Part shown: positions 52,108 to 64,000 of the stretch, one piece after another
Layout of the letters: the number at the start of each line of letters is the position of its first letter
Numbering within the stretch: position 1 is the first letter of the stretch
Source: Octopus sinensis
Lineage: Eukaryota
Assembly: GCF_006345805.1 (NCBI RefSeq)
Contig: NC_042997.1
Span: 135,656,001 to 135,720,000 of the forward strand
Reading direction: 5' to 3'
Length of the DNA stretch: 64,000 nucleotides
Made by a program: the position numbers and the translations under genes
The notes under the pieces: generated by a model
Database searches by the model: none
What the model was told of the DNA's origin: nothing
What the model saw: the letters and a program-made list of their open reading frames with translations, nothing else

Positions 52108-52330
52108 TATTTCTTTACTACCCACAAGGGGCTAAACACAGAGAGGACAAACAAGGACAGACACACGGATTAAGTCGATTATATCGACCCCAGTGCGTAA
52201 CTGGTACTTATTTAATCGACCCCGAAAGGATGAAAGGCAAAGTCGACCTCGGCGGAATTTGAACTCAGAACGTAACGGCAGACGAAATACGGCTACGCAT
52301 TTCGCCCGGCGTGCTAACGTTTCTGCCGCC
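52108..52330 (-). mobile_element. Young tRNA-derived SINE
   Basis: Perfect TSD ttgtatagaatact (52094-52107, 52331-52344). Same family as 34515 and 58463. Confidence 0.92.
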
Positions 52331-52632
52331 TTGTATAGAATACTGGTGTGTTGTAGGTAGCGGTGTTTACTGTTGCCTGCTAACTCATCTCCTCGGAAAG
52401 CTAAGTTTCTTTCAGAAATAGTTTTGTATTTGATAATGCTGGAAATATTAAAATTTCTGCTCATGTTCTTAATTACTGTAATAAACATTGTTGAACTGCT
52501 AATATCATTTGTCGCAATCTACAAATGCCTTCTTCCTGATAAATATGAGAAATATTCTTTATGTTATCAGTTCCATATTAATGCTATACCACGGGTAACA
52601 AATACGGGCTGCATTTCTAGAGCGGTAATATA

Positions 52633-53901
52633 TCAGGTCATCCCATGCGTTCTGTCCGAATTTTGAATAAAGAAAACAAATAATCAAATGTTACATTTAA
52701 TTGAAATTTAATCCTTAATTTACTTTCCCTGATTATCTATGACTTCCTTCAATCCATTTACAAGCTTTTTAATCCCATCAATGTAAAAGTCTTTTCGGTT
52801 CAAAGCGAAGAATTCTGAAATGCCAGTTTCGACTTCCTCCTGGCTTACGAAAGTTATGTCCCCCAAATGATTCTGTAAACAACGAAACAAATGGTAATCT
52901 GAAGGAGCGAGGTCGGGAGAATAAGGTGGATGAGGATTGTTTTCCCAACCAAGCTCTTAGATCTTCTATGATGTGATGTTTGCAGTGTGGGGTTGCGCAT
53001 TGTCCTGATGAAACATCACTCCTTTTCGATTCACTAAAGCAGGTCTTTGTTTCTTCAAAGCTTGGTTCAAACGCCCTGATTGCTGACGGTAGACTTGAGC
53101 AATGATTGTTGCGTTAGGTGGTAATAATTCAAAGTGAATTACTCCTTTGCAATCCCACCAGATAGAGAGAAGAACCTTTTTTCCATGAAGTTCCATTCTC
53201 GGTTGTGGGTGAGCTTTTACCCTTTTACCAAGTCACTGTTTACGACGTTTAACATTTCGATAGAAGACCCATTTTTCGTCACCAGTTACAAGTCTATCCA
53301 AAAAGGGTGAAGTGAGTTCGCGAGAATGGAGAGGAAAGCAGATGTCAACTCGGGATTTGCGTTTGCTTTCGGACGATTCACGAGGCACTCATTTTCCAAG
53401 TCTAGGAGCCTTTCCAAGTTGCTGAAGATGACGATGAACAGCTGTATGGTTTGAACTAAACTTTATTGCCAAATCCTCAACTGATAATGTAGGATTTTCT
53501 TCAAGTAATGCCTCAAGGAGCTTACCATCAAACTCTGTTCGATCATGATCTTCAAGTCCGAAATCCCCACTTCTGAATTTTGCAAACCATCTTCTGCAAA
53601 TTCTTTCATTCAAGCATTCTTTCCCATAAACTAAGCGTATTTTGAGTCGCTTCAGCTGCAGAGTTTCCTTTTTTGTACTCATAAAGCATTATGTGCTTTA
53701 AATGCTCTATGGATACTTCTATGTTAGAAAGGGTTTTAATCAAAGAAAGTTTAATTCTATTATACTGTAAAACAATATTTAATTAGTTTAAATGTACACA
53801 AATGCATAACAATAATGTTTAATTCTAGTAGACATTCGAAAATGCTATTAACTTTCATTCAATTTTAAAAAATGTAAAACAGAACTTATGGGATGACCTG
53901 A
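52633..53901 (-). mobile_element. Full-length decayed mariner, same subfamily as 40618-41846, opposite orientation
   Basis: TIR tcaggtcatcccat..ttctgtccga / agaacttatgggatgacctga. LNQALKKQRPALVNRKGVMFHQD is shared with the 40618 copy. Confidence 0.94.
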
Positions 53902-56900
53902 GAGTATTAGTAATAAGAATATAATTAATTTCAGACTGTATCCCGACATATTGATAGATGTATTAGCGTTTTATAACTGATTGGTCGATATTGTCTATTC
54001 TGTCATCTATTTTTTCGACTTACTTTTCCTGGCTCGGCAATTTCATGACAGAAAAACATTATTTCACAAATTCTATAATTTCAGTGACATTTTCCGGCGT
54101 TTATACCGTATTATCATTGAGGGGATGTGATCCCCCGACATTGCACTTAACATCCAGATTCATCCATATGCAAATCTCAAGATAGAATGTATAAGGAGCT
54201 ACAAAAAAGTTGAAAAATTATAATTATTACAATTTTCGTATAGCAATAAATTGCAGAGCACGATAGCGATCATAAAAGTTATAATATCCTTCAATATCTC
54301 CAGGCAATTTCCTGCACTAATGCATGAGAAACACTTTCTTCAAAAATATCCATGCTGGAATCTTAAAAATTCAGATGCACATCGACATTATTACTATAAA
54401 GATCATTTATAATTTGACTGAGAGGGAATGTCAATATGTTTGTTTTGTTATTTACTGCTGCTGTTACAAATCATTATTTTCAAAATTGTATGTTATAAAT
54501 CGTTATTTATTTTTTTTAAATGTTATGTTAGCGGAAACTTAACAAGACTAGAAAAAAATTCCCTTTTAATACTCCAAGCACCGATTTGTAATTGAACATT
54601 GCAGAAAAATTATAATTTGCTACAAAACAAATAATTTCTCAACTAAGTCATGCTAGCAAACATAATTCTTGGTATTGCAGGCATAAATGCAATAGGCTTC
54701 TTGAATTTCGAATTCATTTCAATCTTCTATTCCTTAAAATGATTTGCACATCAACATCTCCACCAATTTCAAGAACTGTCTAAAGTAGTTGTAACATTAA
54801 TGGGGAAAACCAACAAGATATAGGCTGCTGTTAGTGCTTGTGTTCTTGGTGGAGTATCTATTTTAACAGATAGCTTGAGTACATTGTCAACCCCAAAATA
54901 ATATGGTCGTTTTAAAACAAATTTGTTGCTTTACTTAGAATATAATCGGATATGGGAACCATACAATGATATTTCCTTCCTTCGAAAATCCTTTCCCATT
55001 TTCAGGAACAGTGCACAGTTGTCGTAGCAATTATTTATCCCTAATATTGTCTGAAATCGTTGGTCAACTGTGGGAATTTTTTACTTTGTGAAAATAAAAG
55101 ATCGCAAGAGAAAAATTCAGAGAATACGGCTGCTGGAAGTGGTTTGCCTTGTGTTGTGACGGAAATACACAAATAATTAGTGAAACGTGAGCAAGTGTGT
55201 TGTATGTGTGCAACCAGTTTGCGTCTTCTCCTTTCGGATGTGTTTTTCATATCTCTTTGTCCCTAGGTGATGCAACAAAACATTCCATGTTATGCCCTTT
55301 ATGTTTTACGATCATTCCTGTACCATCAGGTTATAATAGATTTCTAAAGGATTTTATCAGAATTCGAACGGTCACCATCAATTAGCAGCTGCTAATTGAT
55401 GGTGATACGACTTTCTTTTACTTTCAAAAAGGATATGGTCCAATAAATAGCTTTAAATGTCCTTTTGATGACATGATGCAAATAGTTCTACAGAAACCCA
55501 CACTTGCGGAATGGTCACGGGCCGTCAGGCAACAATTTTCGCATTGCAGATACTTTCATAATATGATCGTCATCTGGTTTTGCGGAACAAAAATCCAAAC
55601 ACTTTTAGATTAGGGATCACTTTGGGAGATTGTGTTACCTAATTTGAAATACTCGCACCGCTTGTAACATTGCGCATGACTCAACCCTCTTCATAACCTC
55701 AGGAATGCCCTCGTAAATGTTATCTGAAATTACAAAACAATTTCATACAAAGATGATGCTATTACAAATCTTTCATTGCTCATCTTGCAACAAGTCACAA
55801 AATACCCTAGTTATACGATCACTCAGCACTGGTAGATAAATGAGTAAATGATGTGACATGATGTGGTTATTAATGGACTGAATATCAAGGTCAACCCTAC
55901 ACAGACTGCAGTTGTGGATGAGTTGTGCCGGGTGGTCGGTATGTCCTTATAAAGTTTCTTTCCTTTTGGACACACCCCACAGATTAGAAATTGATGAAGG
56001 GGAAAACTTCAATTATCACAGATTAGTAATCATACTAAAAACGTTATTCGTTTTTATTTTGTTATACTGCTACTTTTGTTTAGAATCTCTTATAATATTA
56101 AGTAACTAACCTAGTACATTTTAATGCGGTAAACAAAAAATTGTTTGAAATATTAAAGACAATTCATATAACTTTTCACAACAGATACACAGCATAACTT
56201 TTAGCCATAGTGTAAAAGTGTATTTAAAACATTGAACCCTTGCGTACAAAGATATTTCTTTTATTTAATTGATTAGTTAATCATTGCACATTAACCACAA
56301 TGAAATTGGAGATGTGCACTACACCTTTCAAAGAACCAGAGATCATCAAGGAAGAAATGGAAGAGACAGAGAAGAAATACAGGTTGTGTAAATAACATAG
56401 GGACTATGAGTAATATGTGAGCATGTACGAGTAATATGTAAGTAACCTCAGTTTTGTAAAGTCAGAGGATCAACAACTGATCAGATTTAAATTATTACCT
56501 ATTTTTTTAAGTACTGAAATGCAGTTTCTGAATTACTGTTATCAATCAAACAACAAAGAATAAATTGCTAAACTTGATAAAAATAAAAGGAATGTATTAT
56601 CAACGAGTAATATATATGTAAATACTGGGCTGAAAACCCTTTTGGATAGAATTGCAGCCTTCGAATTTTCCTCTCCAAATATATTTTCTAACCTAATATT
56701 TACAGCTTTATGTTCTTGCATCGGGATATTACAAAAAATAGTTATTTCACGTCCTCTCGAAAGTATATAAAATTATTTTACTCAACTTAGGACTTCTAGC
56801 CGGAAATAACTATTGTCATTCAATTTATAACTCATCCCTAAACTTTGAAATCGAAATTTAATTCTGGAAGCTGAGAATTCCAGTAACAGTTGCATTCATG

Positions 56901-57633
56901 AAAATGGACATGTAGAATCGAAAAATATTAAAATAATTATATTTGAAAACGTATTAAATTATTTCAATTATTATTTTCACAAAAATAACCCTACCGTATA
57001 AAGAATTAGTTCTATTTATCAAATTTGAACAAGAAGTTTATAACGAAAATGTTTGTCTATGCATATGTGTACGTGTCTGTGCATATATGTATGTGCCTAT
57101 GCTTATGGGTATATGAGCGCGCATATCTTTGTGTTTGTATGTTAGAAATATAAGCGCCTCTTTATATTATGTGCGTCTAGATGTACCATTACGTAAGGGA
57201 ATTTCCTGTATAAATTTGTATTGTATATGTGTGTATTGATTATTGCAAGAAGACATTCCTTACCTTTCTTATAAATATGATTTCTCCATCCCAACTGACA
57301 AATGGCAACCGGGGCGTAACTATGAATAATGGTTGCAATATAACAAGGCCCAACCTTCTATAAAATATGATACAGAAATAATCTATATGTAAACATTTTA
57401 TAGATATCTGACTTCGTTTATATAATAAATATATCAAATATATTGTATATGTCTAAATATGAATACATCCGTGTATCACCTCTCCTACACGGATCAAAGT
57501 GACTTTGTTATTGATGTGAAATCCTTGAAATACACCACGACGTCTACAAACTTTTAAACTTCTGAACTGTTCGTAAAAACTGTCCCTTTCATTTTCACTT
57601 TAATTTTTTCATATTTTTCTCATTTTCTGTGTA

Positions 57634-57671
57634 TCTTTCTGTCGAAGAGAGTAGGCTCGAAACGTAAAAGA
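57634..57671 (+). ncRNA. Minimal hammerhead-like motif (CUGUCGA core) in a short repeat (57600-57760) ending in (TA)n
   Basis: tcttt CTGTCGA a gaga gtag gctc GAAA cg TA aaaga. Confidence 0.5.
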
Positions 57672-57758
57672 CTTTTTCTATTTCTATTCCCGAGCGCTAT
57701 TTTTGTTTGTTTGTACTCCACCTGCCTTCGTCTTTGTTTATTTTCGTAAACTTTCCCG

Positions 57759-57815
<57 letters not shown>

Positions 57816-58462
57816 GATAAATCTCAGAGCGATATATATATATATAATATATATATATATATGTATGTGTGTATGTATGTATGTATGTATGTATCTATGT
57901 ATGTATGTATGTATGTATGTATGTATATATATACATTGCATATATGTAAATGTAGCCATATATATATATATGTGAGAGAGAGAGAGAGAGAGATAGAGAG
58001 AGAGTAAGGCAGAGATAGTGCTTGTTTATGTATGTGTGGGGAAAAATAGGGAGACAAGGATAGATGAAAAAGAACTATGATGGATTAGAAATGATTTGGA
58101 TCATTCTCATCCCCTCCAATCACACACATGCATCAGGATTCAGTTACCTTGGCTATCGTTTCAAGGGTTGAAATCTATTCTATCATATTATGTTATGTTC
58201 ACTTTATAGTATTTTGTTGTTATTATTTACATGATTATGTTTATATGATGTAGATTTAGCAAATATAAATCATTCAACTCATGTAGAATTTTCTCAATCC
58301 AACATTTGTTGGAGCAGAAATATGCTCACTTTTCATGCCACACGAGAATATAGAAACCAAAATTTCCAAATATGATAAAATATTTTATACAGCAAACTTC
58401 GAAAGTATTAGTAAACGTAAGTACCTAATAAAAGATCTATCATGATATGCCTATAGCCATTA

Positions 58463-58876
58463 AAGGCGGCGAGCTGGCAGAAACGATAGCACATCAGGCG
58501 AAATGCCAAACGGTGATTCGTCCGTCTACGTTCTGAGTTCAATTCCGCCGAGGTCTACTTAGCCTTTCATCCTTTCAGGGTTGATAAATTAAGTAACAGT
58601 TACGTACTGGGGTCGATATAATCGACTTAATCCGTTTGTCTGTCCTTGTTTGTCCCCTCTGTGTTTCGCCCCTTGTGGGTAGTAAAGAAATAGGTATTTT
58701 GCCTGCCGCTACGTTCTGAGTTCAAATTCCGCCGAGGTCGACGTTGCCTCTCATCCTATCTGGGTCGATAAATTAAGTAACAGTTAAGCACTGGGGTCGA
58801 TATAATCGACTTAATCCGTTTGTCTGTCCTTGTTTGTCCCCTCTGTGTTTAGCCCCTTGTGGGTAGTAAAGAACTA
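58463..58876 (+). mobile_element. Dimeric tRNA-derived SINE
   Basis: Two tandem modules. 19 bp TSD gatatgcctatagccatta / gatacgcctgtagccatta. Confidence 0.92.
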
Positions 58877-59737
58877 GATACGCCTGTAGCCATTACTTCC
58901 AATATTTGTATTTGCATATCAATATCTCATGTCTATATTGCATATACAGCTTAAACTAGATAAACTAGAAAAGGAATAGTTATGGCCTTTCAAAATTTTC
59001 AGTACGTTGAAATGGTGAACTGATAATAACTTTGAAGCATAGGACTAAGCTATTTTTTAAATATTAGATTTAGGTCTAAGTTCAACTCTCCCTTAAGCAA
59101 TTATTAATCTTTGGTCTTTGATGGCTACTCTAATAAGAAATTTATTGACTTTGGTGTGAAGTATGCCAGCGTTAGTATGGAAGGTATTATATTGAAATGT
59201 ATAACAGTGACAAATAATAACATGTTACAAAGTTATTTTAGACAGACGATTTATGAGTGGAGGAAAGAAATGTTTAACCTTTCATATTTATGACCTTCCA
59301 TCGGAAAGAAAAATAGTTTTCCATTAGAGAGAGACAGAGAGAAAAAGGAAGGAAATAAAGTAAAAAAAAATAGTTAACCTACAAATGTTTGCGAGGTTTC
59401 ATTTATGTAAGTGAAACGGGAGAAAATGGAAAGGGAATGGCTTACGGACGTCGAACGATTCACAAAACAAAGAAATATGAAAGTGCTTATGTGTCAGATG
59501 CTGCCTGCTTACGTGTGTGGGGGTCTGAGTATTCAGAAGATTTGAAAGGTTTTTGAGCATTAATAGAAATACACATTCATATATGAATATGTTTACCATG
59601 TGTGTGTGTGTGTGTGTGTGATGTGTATTTGCATAATTGGCATGTGCCAACAATAGTGCTGTTGATAGATATGTGTGTGTGTTTGAGTGGGGGTGGCGTG
59701 CGCGTGCATATGTTATTTAATATTTAGCACATGTATA

Positions 59738-60515
59738 TACAGGATGGGTGAAAAATAAGTAGGTATTAAGAATTGGTATTAAAATCCATATTCCTTTCAC
59801 AAATTTATTGAAACAAATAATACATGAAAGTAAATCTTCATATTTCAACGTAAGCACAGGTGACGTCAACCAGTTTCCTCAAACGGCCAGGGATGGAATG
59901 AACAACCTTCTGAAGGACGTCATCTGGGATATCACTGAGAACCTCTTGAATCCGCGTCTCCAAGTTCTCCAGCGTGCGAGGTTTTCTCTTGTACGCCTCC
60001 TCTTTTGTATCATCAAGGGAAATCTGCACTTCTTTGAGTTTTGGACTTGTGAACTTCTGCGGTCACAGCTCCTGCATGTAATGGTGTTTCTACAGACAAA
60101 ATTTCAATTCTTTATACAACGCTGTACGTATTCTGTGTATTGCTAGTCCACTTTCACGAGTTGGCTGAAGTGTTGATTTTTGAGGGCTACGATTGAACAT
60201 TTCCTGCACTGCTGCCACAATCTCCCCTGATCGGGATGTGGTTGGACAGCCACTTTTCCTTGCATCGTTCACAAAGACCGTGATCATCAGATTTGCATGA
60301 CAACTTTTTATTGTTTCCGGATGTAATGTTGCATGATTGCCTAACCATGCATTCCACAATCTGAGCCAAAACATCTAGAAAATAAGAAATAAGACAAGAA
60401 GAAAATTAGAAACCCCTTTGTTGTCTGTTTTAAAAAATGATTTCGTCGTGATTTCAGTGATACTAAAATTCTATAAGCAATTTCTAATGCCTAATCACTT
60501 CCACCCACCCTCTAG
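59738..60515 (-). mobile_element. Internally deleted IS630-Tc1-mariner element
   Basis: KSGCPTTSRS..RSPQKS HTH region and KPRTLENLETRIQE..RLRKLV C-terminus. Weak TIRs tacaggatgggtg / cacccaccctcta. Confidence 0.75.
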
Positions 60516-60589
60516 ATTTGAATTTGTATAATACATATTTAATACTAAATACAATATATACAGTATATATGTATGACATTTTAAATATA

Positions 60590-60650
<61 letters not shown>

Positions 60651-60795
60651 AAATATTAATCGTTATATGTACATATACAAACATATGTATTCAAATGTGT
60701 ATATATATATATATATAAACACACACACACATGTATTTCATATATATACATTTAATTGAAAAAATTGGAGGGGTATGATACGACATTTATTTTTA

Positions 60796-60901
60796 ATCAC
60801 TACAATTGTTTCAAAGGAACGCAGTTCTCCAGGTGTGCAGGTACTTGATTATGCAACTGTTTCCCTGCATTATGAGATCTAGTTGTCTTTCCTCAGGTGA
60901 T
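60796..60901 (-). ncRNA. Type I hammerhead motif with long, partly decayed stem II
   Basis: atcac CTGAGGA aagacaac...gttccttt GAAA caattg TA gtgat, followed by aataaa. Confidence 0.65.
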
Positions 60902-60963
60902 ATGTAGGTGGACGAGCTTTATACTGTACTCTACTACGTTCTTTACAAAATATACTATGACTA

Positions 60964-61050
<87 letters not shown>

Positions 61051-61058
61051 TAGAAATG

Positions 61059-61095
<37 letters not shown>

Positions 61096-61217
61096 CGGTG
61101 AGAGAAAACTGGATGTAAATGTCTGGTGTCATTACACACAAGCGCGCAACATATGTTTCTAAAAATATATAAACATAAGACAGTCAGACCTACAGACAGA
61201 CAGATAGAGATAGATAT

Positions 61218-61299
<82 letters not shown>

Positions 61300-61419
61300 T
61301 GATAGATTATAATGCAATGAAGTCATCCCTTTACAAAACGGAAAAATCTTTGGATAAAATATCTATCTATATATATTCCATTATACTGTAGACACACGAC
61401 AGGAAACTTTAGAAGAGTG

Positions 61420-61595
61420 CGGCCAATCAGTAACATTGACGCACGTGCGTAACTAGAACTTATTTCATCGACCCCGAACAGTTGAAAAGCTAAGTTGACC
61501 TCTGCATAATTGAACCCCAATACCTAATGATGGACGAAATACCTCTAGGCATTTTTCCCAACCTGCTAACCGTTCTGCTGGTTAGATGCCTTATA
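61420..61595 (-). mobile_element. Degenerate SINE (family of 52108)
   Basis: atcgaccccgaacagttgaaaagctaagttgacctc...gctaaccgttctgc. Confidence 0.65.
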
Positions 61596-63145
61596 GCTCT
61601 CTCTATATATTACAAATAGGAAGGTCGTAGCAGTAGTGTCTTTTGATAAAAAAAATGCATGATCAAAGACGGATTGATGAAGGCTAAACTACATGTGTCA
61701 ATTTTCAAATAACCGAATCCTTCTAACTGAAATACTTTGCGCACTTTAAGAAAAATACTGACATTATATTTTCGAAGGCAGTTGAGCAGCAATTCATTTC
61801 TAGCTGAACTTATTAAATCAAAGCTAACATCAACAGACAATTTCTCTTCGGCCACACTAATTTCCTGCCTTCCACATCTGCTAATTTGAACGGTATTTAA
61901 ACAACTAAACATACACAAATATTTCTTTCAAAGTGAATTAAGCTTTGGTTTTGTTTTCAGTTAATTAGTTTTTTTTAACAGAAGTGGTATTGTTTCCCAA
62001 AGGCTATTTTAATAGGAGCGAACGATATAATTTGATCAATTATTAGAAAATGGCACTAGGCCAACAAAAAAAATTATATAAATTGTCAAATGTTTTCAAA
62101 TATTTCGCAGAAGTTTCTATCAAAAAATTAAGATATTATAATTAACAGTCACCCAGTTTATTTGTTAAAAATATTTACAAGAATAATTAATTGAATAAAT
62201 AATTTCATAAATCACGGTGAAACAAATTTATTTATCCAAAACTTATTTCGTTGCTCCATGAGACGAATACGAAGCTTGGGTGCCCAAAATCAAATCACAG
62301 AAAGATCAAAATATGTAATCAACCTTACTTAGTGTGAAGTTCAAGTGTGCCTAGAAGCTTAGTTAGATCTGTTTTCCTCTTATTCATCAATATTAAAGTA
62401 TATTTAATACTAAAAGTATTAAACATCCACTACTTTCTACAAAGACAGTATCATTATCTCCTTTTTAACCATTTACCTGAAATTATTATCTGAAGAAACA
62501 TATTATTAATGCTACATACGAAATCAGCAGTATCTTCGAAAGAGGCAGGACATAACAATTCCTTTCATTCATTATCATAAACATATATAAACGGCATATG
62601 TTAGTAACAACTAACCTGATAAGATTCATGAATTAAATGAATATATATATATATAAATACATCATGATGTGTATGTGTGTATGTGTGTCTGTGTGTCCAT
62701 TCTGTCAACACGTCAATCGTAAAAGTCTTCCCTGAAGACGGATGCTGCTGATATCCGATGATGGAATCTAGTTATAAGCATTATTTGTTTTGAACCACCA
62801 AGCCCCAGAAACAGCTGTTGGACTCGTAAGGCTCCTACGCAACTCCCATAATTACTGATATCATTACCATTCTGAGTAATATGTCGGACTTCTTTTATAT
62901 GCATACATATTTACATTCTTTGTAAATGTATTTAATAATTTTGTATATTGACCTAATCTGCTTGTCGCTACATTTATTTCTCTATCTAGTCGAGTTCAAA
63001 TTTCTTGAGCACTACGAAGTGTATTTCATACAGAGTAATTATCTGTAATCTTTAAATTTTTATATATATATATATATGTTGGATCGCTAGCTTCTGCACG
63101 CATTTTTTTCTCTCCTTGTTTCTCTCCGTGTTTCTTTTCTGTGTA

Positions 63146-63183
63146 TCTTTCTGTTGAAGAGCGTAGGCTCGAAACGTTAAAGA
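63146..63183 (+). ncRNA. Minimal hammerhead-like motif (CUGUUGA core) in a short repeat (63075-63280) inserted in (TA)n
   Basis: tcttt CTGTTGA a gagc gtag gctc GAAA cg TT aaaga. Same family as 57634. Confidence 0.55.
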
Positions 63184-63279
63184 CTTGTTTTATTTATATT
63201 CCTGAGCGCCATACTAATACAATTGTTTGTTTGTATTCCACCTGCCTTCGTCTTTTGTTTATTTTCATAAAGCTTCCCG

Positions 63280-63320
<41 letters not shown>

Positions 63321-63717
63321 ACTTATAAATAAGGGCAAACGAAATAATTTCTAATGCCAAATATGCCGAAAATTGGACATATTATCCATAACCATATAAT
63401 TTTTCACAATACGCACGCTACTCGATAACAAGCCAACAGAAATTTCTAAAACATTCCATTATTACAATATCGGACCGATTTCAGGGTTAGTTCGTAAGAA
63501 CCCTCCCTTCGTCAGTGATAAATGTGGCAAAGAAATAAATTAGATACTTACTCATACTCATGGAAGAAGCATAGATAGATAGATACGATTGTATCTATGT
63601 ATATACATGTATGTATGCTTGTATATATATATGTGTGTGTGTGTGTGTGTCTGTGTCTGTGTCAGTTTGTCTGTGTATGTTTGTATGTATGCATGCATGT
63701 ATGTATGTATGTATGTA

Positions 63718-63759
<42 letters not shown>

Positions 63760-64000
63760 ACTTATTAAGACGGTTATTCGCAATTTACAACCGAAAGGCA
63801 ACAAATATGGTCGTCTCTAAATCGATGGAGGGTGCTAGTGAGCACCAGAATTGTTAGAAATAAGTGTCAAAACAACACTTAGCCACGTGAGACCACCTTT
63901 CTATATAAATTGAGACTGAGCACACAGGATAAAACATTTACACTATCCATGTATGACGACAACACATGTAGAACGTGTCAATACATGCATACTTGTAGAT

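Noticed and set aside
61610-61918. 102 aa ORF as a host exon (also 12662-12874, 36394-36711, 62713-62904)
   Set aside because: No recognisable domain or consistent splice sites, and the length is compatible with chance.
62732-62760. CTGAAGA c ggat..atcc hammerhead-like motif
   Set aside because: GATG instead of GAAA and no stem I or III; at best a dead remnant.

Overview
AT-rich, microsatellite-dense eukaryotic DNA with no recognisable host protein-coding gene. It is probably intergenic or intronic. The tRNA-derived SINE families and repeat landscape suggest an octopus or other coleoid cephalopod (inference from recalled repeat sequences, not a search). The window is a mosaic of transposons: several Penelope-like element (PLE) relics, mariner/Tc1 copies and MITEs, SINEs with long TSDs, a probable solo LTR, and a decayed RTE LINE carrying a nearly intact CR1-group LINE with one premature stop. 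The main signal not explained by the ORF track is RNA-level. About 16 type I hammerhead ribozyme (HHR) motifs from about 8 sequence families can be read by eye, most with a short self-complementary stem III and next to (TA)n tracts. The best case is a head-to-tail array of about 3.4 near-identical 492-494 bp non-coding units (18747-20423). Each complete unit carries an intact minus-strand HHR with a long G-U-rich stem II, making it a candidate retrozyme-like, circRNA-producing element. Other notable items are a fold-back element with HHRs on both strands (30466-31220), HHR families with non-canonical cores (CUGUUGA/CUGUCGA, CCGAUGA), and a PLE terminal repeat with a tRNA-like Pol III promoter upstream of its HHR. 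All folds were done by eye and no ribozyme activity is demonstrated.
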